Shown here: piece after piece, positions 40,504 to 50,079 of the stretch
Layout: the number at the start of each line of letters is the position of its first letter
Position numbering within the stretch: position 1 is the stretch's first letter
From: an uncultured virus (IMG/VR IMGVR_UViG_3300044535_000365)
Taxonomy: Duplodnaviria > Heunggongvirae > Uroviricota > Caudoviricetes
Reading direction: 5' to 3' (one strand)
DNA: 64,000 nucleotides
IMG/VR virus record: IMGVR_UViG_3300044535_000365
Translations under genes and position numbers: made by a program
The notes under the pieces: generated by a model
What the model was told of the DNA's origin: nothing
The model's input: only the letters and a program-made list of their open reading frames with translations
Databases searched by the model: none

Positions 40504-41718
40504 ATGGCATATACAATTGTAAAATCAGATGGTACTGTATTAACAACCATTGCTGATGGAACTATCAACACTACGAGTACTTCACTAGCACTGCCTGGTA
40601 GAAACTATGCAGGATATGGACAATCTCAAGATACAAATTTTGTTCATGTTACTGAAAATTTTGCAGATACTACTCCTCCTCCAAACCCTCTAAGAGGGCA
40701 ACTTTGGTATAGCACTAATAACAGTACTCTTTATGTATGTCCTACAGACGGTGAAGCAAATGCTCTTGCTTGGTTAGCATTGACTGCTACTGCAAGCGGT
40801 GGTAATACAACTTTCGGTGCAGTTACAGTTACCGGTAACGTAACAGCAAATAATATTACAGCAGTTAATACAATTTCTGCTAATGCTTTTTCTGCTGGAT
40901 ATTTAACTATTTCAGCAAACGCAAATATAGCAGATGCAAATATAACTACTGCTAATATTGGCACACTTCAAACTACTGTAATAACAACAGGAGCAACCTC
41001 TACTCCGGGTACACTAACCGGTACTTGGACAGTTAATGGTTCAGCCAGCGGTAATGCTCTTGTATTAAACGGAAACTTGTTTATAAGCAACTCGTCAGGT
41101 TCTAATATCTTTGGCATAAAAACCGACAAGTATATGTATGCTAACGGTGACATTATTTCGTTTGCAGGTTCTTACGCTAACGCTAACGTAGCAGCTTATT
41201 TACCTACATATGGCGGAAATATATTAACTGTACAAACTACTGCAACTGTTCTAACAACAGGAGCAAATACAACTCCCGGAACAGTAACAGGTAACTGGAC
41301 TTTATCTGCTGGTTCTAGACTAAATGCTACATATGCTGACTTAGCAGAACGTTTTTCTGCGGATGATATTTATGATGCAGGTACAGTAGTAGAAATCGGC
41401 GGAACACAAGAAATTACTGCGGTTAAATATGAACTTTCTGAAGATGTATTTGGAGTAGTATCTAATACTGCGGCTTATCTTATGAATGCAGGTGCAGGAA
41501 ATGATAACTCTCATCCTCCTATCGCAGTGTCTGGTAGAGTAGACGTTAAAGTTACAGGGATAATCAAGAAAGGACAGCGTTTAGTAAGTGCCGGCAATGG
41601 TATTGCTAGGGCTGCATTACCTGGTGAAGCTACTGCGTTTAATACGATAGGTAGAGCATTAGCAGATAAGAATACGGATGATTTAGGTACGGTAGAAGCT
41701 ATCGTAATGATACGATAA
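40504..41718 (+). CDS. Tail fibre-like protein with a C-terminal intramolecular chaperone/autocleavage-like domain
   Basis: N-terminal GRNYAGYG...ENFA..TPP..P..GQLWY anchor; Thr/Asn-rich shaft; YADLAERF..D..YDAGTVV...GVVS...GRV.VKV.G.I.KG..LVS C-terminus. Confidence 0.65.
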   Translation: MAYTIVKSDGTVLTTIADGTINTTSTSLALPGRNYAGYGQSQDTNFVHVTENFADTTPPPNPLRGQLWYSTNNSTLYVCPTDGEANALAWLALTATASGGNTTFGAVTVTGNVTANNITAVNTISANAFSAGYLTISANANIADANITTANIGTLQTTVITTGATSTPGTLTGTWTVNGSASGNALVLNGNLFISNSSGSNIFGIKTDKYMYANGDIISFAGSYANANVAAYLPTYGGNILTVQTTATVLTTGANTTPGTVTGNWTLSAGSRLNATYADLAERFSADDIYDAGTVVEIGGTQEITAVKYELSEDVFGVVSNTAAYLMNAGAGNDNSHPPIAVSGRVDVKVTGIIKKGQRLVSAGNGIARAALPGEATAFNTIGRALADKNTDDLGTVEAIVMIR

Positions 41719-41731
41719 TAGGGAATAACAA

Positions 41732-42685
41732 ATGAGTTACGCACAATTTGGATTAATAGAAGCAACAGACTTTAACGCATTAGTAGGTGGTAATCCAACT
41801 GCAACTGCTAATACGCTAAATGCAACTTGGGCTACTGGTAGCGGAACTGCAGGTTATGGACAAACTGCTGTAGCTAACGTTACTGCTGGTAATACTGTAG
41901 CCGCAAGTAGTTGGAATTCACTTGTAACAAACACTGCTAACGTAGCAACACACCAGGGGTCTTCTATAACCAGTGTTACTGCTCCTACAGCCGGAGCAAC
42001 TGTAACTTTCTTATCTGCTGTTCCTACTAACTTACAAACAATCTATACAAACAGATTAAACGCTGCTACTCAGTCAGGTACTACTTCAAATGCTGTGACA
42101 AGAGGTACTACTTGGTCTACTGCATTAACATTTACTCACACTGCTACGTTTGCAAATGGGGACGCTGCTAGATTCTTTTTTAACTCGGGTGGTCAGTTAA
42201 AAATGACTGTATCACATGCTGATAACACAGCAGGTATTAACTTATTGTTCAATAACTTGGCTTCTAACGTAGGTACTGTAGTGTTAAGTGCTCCTAGTTC
42301 GGGTACTGCAAACATTGCAGGAACAAATTTTAATGGCATCCAAAAAGTCGGCGGAGGTGGAAGCTCACCTACTATTTCACCGAATAACGGGTACTATGCG
42401 TTAACTACTTCAAACGCTAACGTCTTTACTCAAACCGCATCTACCGGTCCTTCAGGTTATTTAAGTTCTTTTATTCGCTTTATCGTACAATCAAACGGAA
42501 CACAGGGATCAAACGGTGATGCCGGCTCTGTCATTACAATTAGCACTGTTTGGGACGAAGTTCCTGATGGTTTAGTAGTAGGTACAGGTTCTACTACTAC
42601 ACTAACTGTTACCCCACCTGAAGTAACTAATATCGCTAATACTTGGGGAACCATTACGTTAGCAGGATCAGTAACAGGATCATAA
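41732..42685 (+). CDS. Thr/Gly/Ala-rich virion structural protein
   Basis: GYGQ and ARFFFNSGG motifs; composition and position in the tail module. Confidence 0.55.
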   Translation: MSYAQFGLIEATDFNALVGGNPTATANTLNATWATGSGTAGYGQTAVANVTAGNTVAASSWNSLVTNTANVATHQGSSITSVTAPTAGATVTFLSAVPTNLQTIYTNRLNAATQSGTTSNAVTRGTTWSTALTFTHTATFANGDAARFFFNSGGQLKMTVSHADNTAGINLLFNNLASNVGTVVLSAPSSGTANIAGTNFNGIQKVGGGGSSPTISPNNGYYALTTSNANVFTQTASTGPSGYLSSFIRFIVQSNGTQGSNGDAGSVITISTVWDEVPDGLVVGTGSTTTLTVTPPEVTNIANTWGTITLAGSVTGS

Positions 42686-42711
42686 TAATTTAACACACGA
42701 TCAGTATTCAT

Positions 42712-42718
42712 CTAAATA
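42712..42718 (+). promoter_or_regulatory. Late promoter-like motif CTAAATA heading the glycan cluster
   Basis: Followed by an AGGAG RBS and ATG at 42737. Confidence 0.55.
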
Positions 42719-42736
42719 CTCGTAGGAGAACACAAG

Positions 42737-43045
42737 ATGAATACTGATACGTTAATTTCAGATGTAAAAGCACGTTTCGCACACAACTCAGCCAAAGCAT
42801 ACCTTAAAGAAAAATACGAAGCTAAACTTATTGTAGCAGATCAAGGTGGACTTTGGAAAGCAGATCAACAAACGATTTCTACACTAAATTCTTTTTCCGG
42901 TTTAAAAAATCTAATTTTAATAGACACTTTTGGAAATCCGTTACGGGTAGAAAGAGAAGAACTATTGAAAAAATTAAAAGAAGTTTATTTAACAGTAACA
43001 TTTGAATGGTATCAAGAATGGCAGGAGTTAGAATCTAAGCGATGA
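42737..43045 (+). CDS. Hypothetical protein
   Basis: 102-aa ORF with AGGAG RBS; ATGA overlap with the next gene. Confidence 0.75.
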   Translation: MNTDTLISDVKARFAHNSAKAYLKEKYEAKLIVADQGGLWKADQQTISTLNSFSGLKNLILIDTFGNPLRVEREELLKKLKEVYLTVTFEWYQEWQELESKR

Positions 43046-43842
43046 CTCGTGGTGCTATTCTTTTCGCGTTCAACTCTGACAAGTATGATTATTACAAAAT
43101 GGCAGTTGCTACTGCTAAACGTATCAATCATTTTTTAAACTTACCTGTTACAGTAGTTACTGATAAAGATTCCGTTCGTGAATCTGATTATCAATTTGAT
43201 AAAACTATTATTACTGTGCCCGATAAAAATAATAAACGAGATTGGGGTCAGTGGATTAACAAGGGTAGATATAAAGCATATGAGTTTAGTCCCTATGATG
43301 AAACACTTTTGCTAGACACGGATTATATGGTTAACTCTGATAAGCTATTAAAGACTTTTGATTTTTCTAAAGACTTTTGTTGTCATGATCATACAGAGTT
43401 TTTTATGCAACCAAACTTACCTCAAGAAATGCTAAGTCCTTTTAGTTTTGAAACTCTTTGGGCTACTGCTGTTATGTTTAAAAAGACAACAAAGTCGGAA
43501 CAAATATTTGAATCGTTAAAAATGGTTCAACATAACTTTGAACATTATGCTAACATACACGGTTTCATTTCAACTACATTCAGAAATGATTATGCTCTTA
43601 CATTAGCATTGCGTTTAGTAAATGGACATATCTTACAGCAAGATAATATTATTCCATGGAGCTTGATGCATGTAGGAAAGAATACTCCTATATCTAAAAA
43701 TTCTAATGAGTTTTTAGATACTGAGTTTACTATAATGTATGATAACTGGCAACGCGGTAAAATAAGAAAAGAATATATTACAATCAAAGATATGGACTTT
43801 CATGTAATGGTAAAAGAAGACTTTATGGAGTTAATAAAGTGA
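43042..43842 (+). CDS. GT-A-fold glycosyltransferase-like protein
   Basis: SPYDETLLLDTDY (DxD), WATAVMF and RNDYA motifs; paralogous to 44486. Confidence 0.65.
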   Translation: MTRGAILFAFNSDKYDYYKMAVATAKRINHFLNLPVTVVTDKDSVRESDYQFDKTIITVPDKNNKRDWGQWINKGRYKAYEFSPYDETLLLDTDYMVNSDKLLKTFDFSKDFCCHDHTEFFMQPNLPQEMLSPFSFETLWATAVMFKKTTKSEQIFESLKMVQHNFEHYANIHGFISTTFRNDYALTLALRLVNGHILQQDNIIPWSLMHVGKNTPISKNSNEFLDTEFTIMYDNWQRGKIRKEYITIKDMDFHVMVKEDFMELIK

Positions 43843-44489
43843 ATATATTTGAGTTATTAGATGCTAATTCTTTTATAGGTAATAGTATATTTCCGTTTTA
43901 TTTCATAAAAGATAACATTGTAATTACTAACGGTAAATGTGGTTCAAAAACGTTACACACTGTCAGTGACCGCACCTGGCGTACTACTAGTATCACTAGT
44001 ACAGAATTTTTATCTAAAGTTGATCAGGGATACAAAGTACATTTTGTTGTACGAGACCCTCTGGCACGCTTTAGATCGGGAATACTAGAAGACTGGCGTG
44101 TTAACACACATTATTTAAATCATTTTTATGATGCAGATCGTATTGACGTAAACTCTTTTGTCTTGTATCGTCTTTCTGTAATAAATTCTGCACTAGACTA
44201 TAGTCAGGAGTATCACATAAGTAATTGGCTAACAAGAATCACAGATGTTATTCAGCACATCCCAAAGAATAAAACTTATCAAATCTGGAAGCTAGAAGAA
44301 CTACAATATATGTTATCATCTTTAGATATCTCTTATACACATATAACCGATAAAAAAGATAAGTCGTGTATTAAATTTCTTGAAAAATATGATAACTTAC
44401 CTAAAATAACAGTAGACATGATACAAGAATATTTGAAAAGTGAAATACAGATATATAATAAATTAATTGAGTTACGAGAACGAATATGA
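43839..44489 (+). CDS. Sulfotransferase-family protein
   Basis: KCGSKTL (5'-PSB-like) and VRDPLARFRSG (3'-PB-like) PAPS-binding motifs. Confidence 0.65.
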   Translation: MNIFELLDANSFIGNSIFPFYFIKDNIVITNGKCGSKTLHTVSDRTWRTTSITSTEFLSKVDQGYKVHFVVRDPLARFRSGILEDWRVNTHYLNHFYDADRIDVNSFVLYRLSVINSALDYSQEYHISNWLTRITDVIQHIPKNKTYQIWKLEELQYMLSSLDISYTHITDKKDKSCIKFLEKYDNLPKITVDMIQEYLKSEIQIYNKLIELRERI

Positions 44490-45283
44490 ACCGAGGCTTT
44501 GTAATTTTAGCACAAAATACCGACAAAGTTGATTATGTTAAGTGTGCCGCTGCATTAGCAAAAAGTATTAAAAGAGTAATGCCCGACGAATCTGTAACAT
44601 TAGTAACAATGGATTTGGTTGTAAGTGATTACGCAAAATACTTCAATCACATAGTAGAGCTACCGTACGGTGAATTAGAACCAGATAGTGATTGGAAGTT
44701 ATCAAATGATTGGCAAGTATACCTAGCCTCTCCGTACGAATATACAATCAAATTAGAAGCAGATATGTATATACCAAAAGATATTACATATTGGTGGGAT
44801 ATTTTAAAAGAACGTGACTTGGTTGTATCTACTACGATAAGAAACTACAAGCAAGAAATTTCAGATGTACGAGTATACAGACGATTTATTGATGACAATT
44901 GTTTACCTGATTGTTATAACGCTATCACTTACTTCAAGAAGTCTGACTTAGCTAAGCGTTTTTTTGGTATAGTTCTTGATGTATTTGATAATTGGGATCA
45001 GTATCGCGCTATTTTAAAATGTAAAACCAATGAACTAGTAACTACTGATTGGGCATATGCAATCGCAAGTCACGTATTGGGTGTTGAAAATACAACGTTA
45101 CCTACGTTTAAAGATATGAGTATGATACACATGAAACAGTTTATAAACGGTACGTATACAGAAGATTGGACAGATACTTTTGTTTATGAAGTATTACCTA
45201 ATCAAATTAGAGTACAAACAGTGCCGCAAATGTATCCATTTCACTATCATAAAAAAGCATTTGCTGATAGGCTATTGAAATAA
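44486..45283 (+). CDS. GT-A-fold glycosyltransferase-like protein (paralog of 43042)
   Basis: RGFVILAQN...DY, SPYEYTIKLEAD, YNAITYFKKS, TDWAYA and HMK motifs. Confidence 0.6.
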   Translation: MNRGFVILAQNTDKVDYVKCAAALAKSIKRVMPDESVTLVTMDLVVSDYAKYFNHIVELPYGELEPDSDWKLSNDWQVYLASPYEYTIKLEADMYIPKDITYWWDILKERDLVVSTTIRNYKQEISDVRVYRRFIDDNCLPDCYNAITYFKKSDLAKRFFGIVLDVFDNWDQYRAILKCKTNELVTTDWAYAIASHVLGVENTTLPTFKDMSMIHMKQFINGTYTEDWTDTFVYEVLPNQIRVQTVPQMYPFHYHKKAFADRLLK

Positions 45284-45285
45284 CT

Positions 45286-45633
45286 ATGCAAAAACAAAAT
45301 GAAGAAGGATACATTGTTTTATTTGAAGCTCCTAAGATAAGTACTCCTGAGTTTAGATTATACTATGATGAAAAAGGTAAAGTTATTTGTTACACATGTG
45401 AAAAGCTGCCCGGCAACTTTATTATTGTAGATAATAGTACGTTCGCACAAGCAAGACCTGATGTTCGCGTAGTAGACGGAAGAATAACAACTGTTGTTTC
45501 TAACGCAGTAGTTTCTAAATTAATGCCATGCGACACAGGAAAGCTGTGCGCTGCTGAAGATATTAGCATAGTAGTATCTAAGAACCACAAAATTGCAACG
45601 ACAAATTGGAAAATGATAACATATGAACTCTAA
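45286..45633 (+). CDS. Hypothetical protein
   Basis: 115-aa ORF packed in the operon. Confidence 0.7.
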   Translation: MQKQNEEGYIVLFEAPKISTPEFRLYYDEKGKVICYTCEKLPGNFIIVDNSTFAQARPDVRVVDGRITTVVSNAVVSKLMPCDTGKLCAAEDISIVVSKNHKIATTNWKMITYEL

Positions 45634-46573
45634 CGATATAATTGATATAGCTGATCTTGATGTAATTTATTTAAGTTTTGACGAGCCGGCCAAAGAAGAA
45701 TTTTGGCTAAAGATAAAGAACATGGTGCCCTGGGCCAAGCGAGTAGACGGCGTGAAGGGCAGTGATGCTGCACACAAAGCAGCAGGCGAAATGAGTGACA
45801 CTGATAGATTTATTTTGATTGACGGTGACAACTTACCCGAAGAATCTTTCTTTAACTTACAACTTGACTTTACTGGCAAAGATGATAAATTTAAGAATGC
45901 TCAGTTTAGATGGAAAGCTATAAACGCTATAAACGGATTAAGATACGGCAACGGTGGTATTAGTTCTTGGACAAAAGAATACGTTGCTAATATGAAGACG
46001 CATGAAAATCAAACTGAAGGTGATGTATCACGCATAGTAGATTTTTGTATGGATGCTGACAGTTCATATTACGCTATGTGGGATTCTTATTCTACTACAT
46101 ATCCAAACTACACACCTTTTCAAGCCTGGCGAGCTGGCTTTAGAGAAGGTGTCAAAATGTCACTAGACAGGGGTAGAAAGCCAACAGTTGATGAATTCAA
46201 AGAAACTGTTGCTATGAGAAACGTAGACAACTTGACTATATGGCATAACGTGGGCGCAGATGTTACCAACGGTATGTGGGCTATATATGGTGCTAGGTTA
46301 GGAACGTATATGACAATGCTTACAGATTGGGATCATACCACAGTACAATGGTTTGATAATATAGCCGCACTTTGGGAAGAACATAAAGACAGTGATCCTG
46401 CTTTAAAAATAATAACACTAGGTTTTAGTTTACATGATAAACTAGGCTTACCAGTAGACACGTTAAATAAAGAACAAAGTAAGTTTTTCAAAAGACACTA
46501 CAAGCGAGATTTCAGAAATCAAGGCACACTAGTCACTGAAATGGAAGTAATCAGACGAATTGAGGGTTGGTAA
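45623..46573 (+). CDS. Glycosyltransferase-like protein (GT-A, DGD motif)
   Basis: DVIYLSFDEP, RVDGVKG..AAH, FILIDGDN, NGLRYGNGG and FQAWRAGFREG motifs. Confidence 0.55.
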   Translation: MNSNDIIDIADLDVIYLSFDEPAKEEFWLKIKNMVPWAKRVDGVKGSDAAHKAAGEMSDTDRFILIDGDNLPEESFFNLQLDFTGKDDKFKNAQFRWKAINAINGLRYGNGGISSWTKEYVANMKTHENQTEGDVSRIVDFCMDADSSYYAMWDSYSTTYPNYTPFQAWRAGFREGVKMSLDRGRKPTVDEFKETVAMRNVDNLTIWHNVGADVTNGMWAIYGARLGTYMTMLTDWDHTTVQWFDNIAALWEEHKDSDPALKIITLGFSLHDKLGLPVDTLNKEQSKFFKRHYKRDFRNQGTLVTEMEVIRRIEGW

Positions 46574-46575
46574 GT

Positions 46576-48147
46576 ATGACTTCATTTGAAGAAGTTCAGT
46601 GGAATTTGAACTCACAGGGTAACATAGATCGCAATAATAGAGATAACATACTTGAAGTACGAGATTTATTGAACGAAACTGGAAGTGGATTTTGTTTGGC
46701 TAAATTTACTCAAGTCACTTTACATTTAGGTACTGGGTTAGTACATTCTTGTCATCATCCAAAAACTCATAAAATACCGCTAGAAGAGTTAGAAAATAAT
46801 CCCAATGCATTATTTAATACTACGCATTTAAAAAAAGCAAGACATGAAATGATGTCCGATAAAAAACCCACAGAATGTGAATACTGCTGGCGAGTGGAAG
46901 ACACTGGTGAGATTAGTGACCGATACTTGAAAAGTATGGAGCCATGGGCACTAGAAAACCACGATACTATAATTAGTACTGATCCCAGTGATGATTTTTT
47001 CCCTACGTACTTAGAAGTAGATTTCAGTAATGTGTGTAATTTTAAATGTATATATTGCGGCCCGGAGTACAGTTCTAAATGGGCAGATGAACTAAGGCGT
47101 TTAGGTCCTCTTAAAGTTTTGGAGAATACTAAACATGAACAATGGATACAAGGGTATCAAGAAGGTTTAGAGAACCTAACGTATAAAAACAACGAATGTA
47201 ATCCTTATATTGATGCTTTTTGGAATTGGTTCCCTCAAGCATATACTAAACTTAAAACATATCGTATTACCGGTGGGGAGCCATTACTAAGTAAAGAAAC
47301 ATACAGAAGCATCGACTGGTTAATAGAAAATCCGAATATAGAATTAGAATTTAATATAAACACTAATCTGTGTGCCCCTGAAGCACTTTGGGATAAATTT
47401 GTAAATAAGATAGAACAGTTAGTTAAAAACAAATCGGTAAAAAAGTTTACAGTATATACTAGCCTGGACGCATGGGGGAAGCAGGCAGAATATTTGCGAC
47501 CTGGATTAGATATAGAGTTATTTAAACAACGATATATACAACTTCTAGATATTGGTAATATAAGAGTAACTACTATGTGTACTTTTAACCTACTAAGCTT
47601 AACGACATTTATAGATTTGCTGAAATGGCAATTAGAGTTAAAGAAAAGGTATAATCCTGATAGTGCAGGTACGGTATGGGAATTAGAAACGGGGTTTGTT
47701 ATACCAGACTCCGGAGATTCATTTGTCACTAGGAATGCAAAAAATCCAGACCATATGAACGTAGTCGGAATAGATACTCCATACTTACGATATCCTGAAG
47801 TATTAGATGCGCAATATGCTACTCCGGATTTGATACAGAAGTATCTGATACCGGCTATGAATTTTATGTCAGGAAACATGGCCGGTACTATATGGGGTTC
47901 CTTTCAAGGATTTGAACCATATGAGATTGAAAAATTTAAAAGAGTGTGTTTGCAAATAATGCATTTCCAAAAGACATTACAATCAGACCCTAACAAAACT
48001 GCTCTGATCTATGCTAAATTTCATGACTACATAAATGAAATAGATACCAGAAATGAATCAGATTTTTTAGAAGTGTTTCCTGAATATAGAGATTTTTATA
48101 TAATGTGTAAAAATAAAAGAGAAAATTTGATTGTGAGATCATCATGA
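46576..48147 (+). CDS. Radical SAM protein with an N-terminal auxiliary Cys cluster (twitch/SPASM-like)
   Basis: CNFKCIYC (CxxxCxxC), TGGEPLL, N-terminal C...SCHH...CEYC; ATG at 46576 (track start is TTG at 46567). Confidence 0.9.
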   Translation: MTSFEEVQWNLNSQGNIDRNNRDNILEVRDLLNETGSGFCLAKFTQVTLHLGTGLVHSCHHPKTHKIPLEELENNPNALFNTTHLKKARHEMMSDKKPTECEYCWRVEDTGEISDRYLKSMEPWALENHDTIISTDPSDDFFPTYLEVDFSNVCNFKCIYCGPEYSSKWADELRRLGPLKVLENTKHEQWIQGYQEGLENLTYKNNECNPYIDAFWNWFPQAYTKLKTYRITGGEPLLSKETYRSIDWLIENPNIELEFNINTNLCAPEALWDKFVNKIEQLVKNKSVKKFTVYTSLDAWGKQAEYLRPGLDIELFKQRYIQLLDIGNIRVTTMCTFNLLSLTTFIDLLKWQLELKKRYNPDSAGTVWELETGFVIPDSGDSFVTRNAKNPDHMNVVGIDTPYLRYPEVLDAQYATPDLIQKYLIPAMNFMSGNMAGTIWGSFQGFEPYEIEKFKRVCLQIMHFQKTLQSDPNKTALIYAKFHDYINEIDTRNESDFLEVFPEYRDFYIMCKNKRENLIVRSS

Positions 48148-48608
48148 TTAAAAATATAGCTCTATGTGTGTTCGGTAATACACCAATCAAGAATGATATA
48201 AGTCTCAGTGAAAAGGATTATCGTATAGAAACTTTTGCTGTATCTGATAAATGTCAATATACTAGTATGTGGCTTACCGCTAATCAAAAACGACAGTATG
48301 AAATATATCATAAAAATAATTTTGATATTTGTATTGCGCTACAATGTGAAGACGTACATTTGTTAAACAATTTAAATTTTAAACATGAAATAGATAATAA
48401 AATCTACTATTTAAATAACGTTTTTTATGATAACAGCTATAAAAAAGGGATATCTCCTAGTGGATTTTATGCAAATTCACTAGTTTTTGATAGGTTATGT
48501 GAATTCATCTTTAATAAGATTGATTCTAGTTGGGACATGACCGATGCTACTAGATTCTTCTATCATATAAAAAGTATAAAAATACCAATGGTGCATATAA
48601 CCAGATGA
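48144..48608 (+). CDS. Hypothetical protein (degenerate relative of 48605)
   Basis: NIALCVFG start and KRQYEI...FDICI segment shared with the next ORF. Confidence 0.6.
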   Translation: MIKNIALCVFGNTPIKNDISLSEKDYRIETFAVSDKCQYTSMWLTANQKRQYEIYHKNNFDICIALQCEDVHLLNNLNFKHEIDNKIYYLNNVFYDNSYKKGISPSGFYANSLVFDRLCEFIFNKIDSSWDMTDATRFFYHIKSIKIPMVHITR

Positions 48609-49345
48609 AAATAGCTGTTTGTTTAAGCGGGCAATCTAGGACTGCGGAATTTACATTAAAGTCTATACAAAATTATTTCAGTGGAGATTATGAAACTGAT
48701 TATTTCTGTCATGCTTGGGATTATAACACATGGAAAATGAAGAAAGATTTTGTTTATTGGTCAGAAGACGAGCTAGTTAACAGAGATGATCTACAAATAG
48801 TATTGAATAAATATGATCCTAAATTAACATTAATAGAAAGCAAGCAGGACTGCCCAACCGAGGGCCCATGGCATAGTTTATTTTATAGTATGATGATGGC
48901 AAACAATTTGAAAAAACAATACGAAATAAGGAATAATTTTAGATATGATTGCGTAGTTAGAGCTAGATATGATTCAATATTTGACCCTGCATCTAATTTT
49001 ATTTTTAAGCAACCAAACCATACACTAGATTTATATATAAATCATGCAGATAGAATGAAAACGGAGTTCAACCGAACAAACTTATCAGATGTGTTTTTTT
49101 ACGGATCATCATATTGCATAGATGTAGTTACTGACGTTTATCGTCATATTATTAGTACGACTGATGATTTATCATATTTAGGCCCCGGGGTAATACTGCA
49201 CGACTATTGCAATAAATATAACATCGTGTATATGAAAAACAGCAATGCTGGTGAAGTTGTTTATAGAAAAGAATGTATACCGGCAGATTCTATAATCAAA
49301 TACGGAGATATATGTATGAACCATATGAGGTATTATCAGGTATGA
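48605..49345 (+). CDS. Putative glycan-biosynthesis protein (KIAVCLSGQ-x-R type)
   Basis: KIAVCLSGQSR, H.W, YDCVVRARYD and DVFFYG motifs. Confidence 0.5.
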   Translation: MKIAVCLSGQSRTAEFTLKSIQNYFSGDYETDYFCHAWDYNTWKMKKDFVYWSEDELVNRDDLQIVLNKYDPKLTLIESKQDCPTEGPWHSLFYSMMMANNLKKQYEIRNNFRYDCVVRARYDSIFDPASNFIFKQPNHTLDLYINHADRMKTEFNRTNLSDVFFYGSSYCIDVVTDVYRHIISTTDDLSYLGPGVILHDYCNKYNIVYMKNSNAGEVVYRKECIPADSIIKYGDICMNHMRYYQV

Positions 49346-50079
49346 TAGAATATTTTTACATATCCGGAGACTCATTTGCATTTGGGCAAGAATTAGGATA
49401 TCCTAGATTACAAACTCGTGATGTATACGATTTCACGTTATACCATAGAAAGAAATGTTATTCGGGTATCATGGCTGATACTATCCCGGGATTAAAACAA
49501 TATGTCAATAAAGCATTACCGGGAGGATCAAATGAAAGAGCCTATAGAAAAACAATAACAAATATAACACAGGCATTAGAAAAATACGCACCTGAAAAAA
49601 TATTTGTTAATATAAGTTTGACACATGCATATAGAAGAGAATTTTATATAGACACAAACTGGTTCCCGTTCATGTATACATTTCCTCCGGGCGATAAATC
49701 TTCTGATTTGTATAAATTGTGGGAGTTATTTATTAACATAGTAAAAGATAATAAAGGAATATACATGAGTGATATGTTACATGTTCTCGGTTTGCAACAT
49801 TTCTTAATGAAAAATAAAATACCGTATTTATTAACATCATCTATGGGTAATAAATACGAGAAAATGATAACTACAGAAAGTGTGCCAGCCAGCGTAGTTA
49901 ATCAAATATACAAACCTAGATATTATGATGACATATCGTTCGCCCAATTCACGCACATGCATGGATTTGAGATAGGGCCTAGATTACATCCTCTAGAAAA
50001 AGCGCATAAGGCTTGGGCACATCATTTATTGGATCATATAAATAAAAATGAGCTTTTCTCTAACAAAGATTTACTGTGA
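49342..50079 (+). CDS. SGNH/GDSL-like hydrolase or acyltransferase
   Basis: GDSFAFG (block I), GGSNER (block II) and C-terminal HP...H; ATGA-coupled start at 49342. Confidence 0.65.
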   Translation: MIEYFYISGDSFAFGQELGYPRLQTRDVYDFTLYHRKKCYSGIMADTIPGLKQYVNKALPGGSNERAYRKTITNITQALEKYAPEKIFVNISLTHAYRREFYIDTNWFPFMYTFPPGDKSSDLYKLWELFINIVKDNKGIYMSDMLHVLGLQHFLMKNKIPYLLTSSMGNKYEKMITTESVPASVVNQIYKPRYYDDISFAQFTHMHGFEIGPRLHPLEKAHKAWAHHLLDHINKNELFSNKDLL

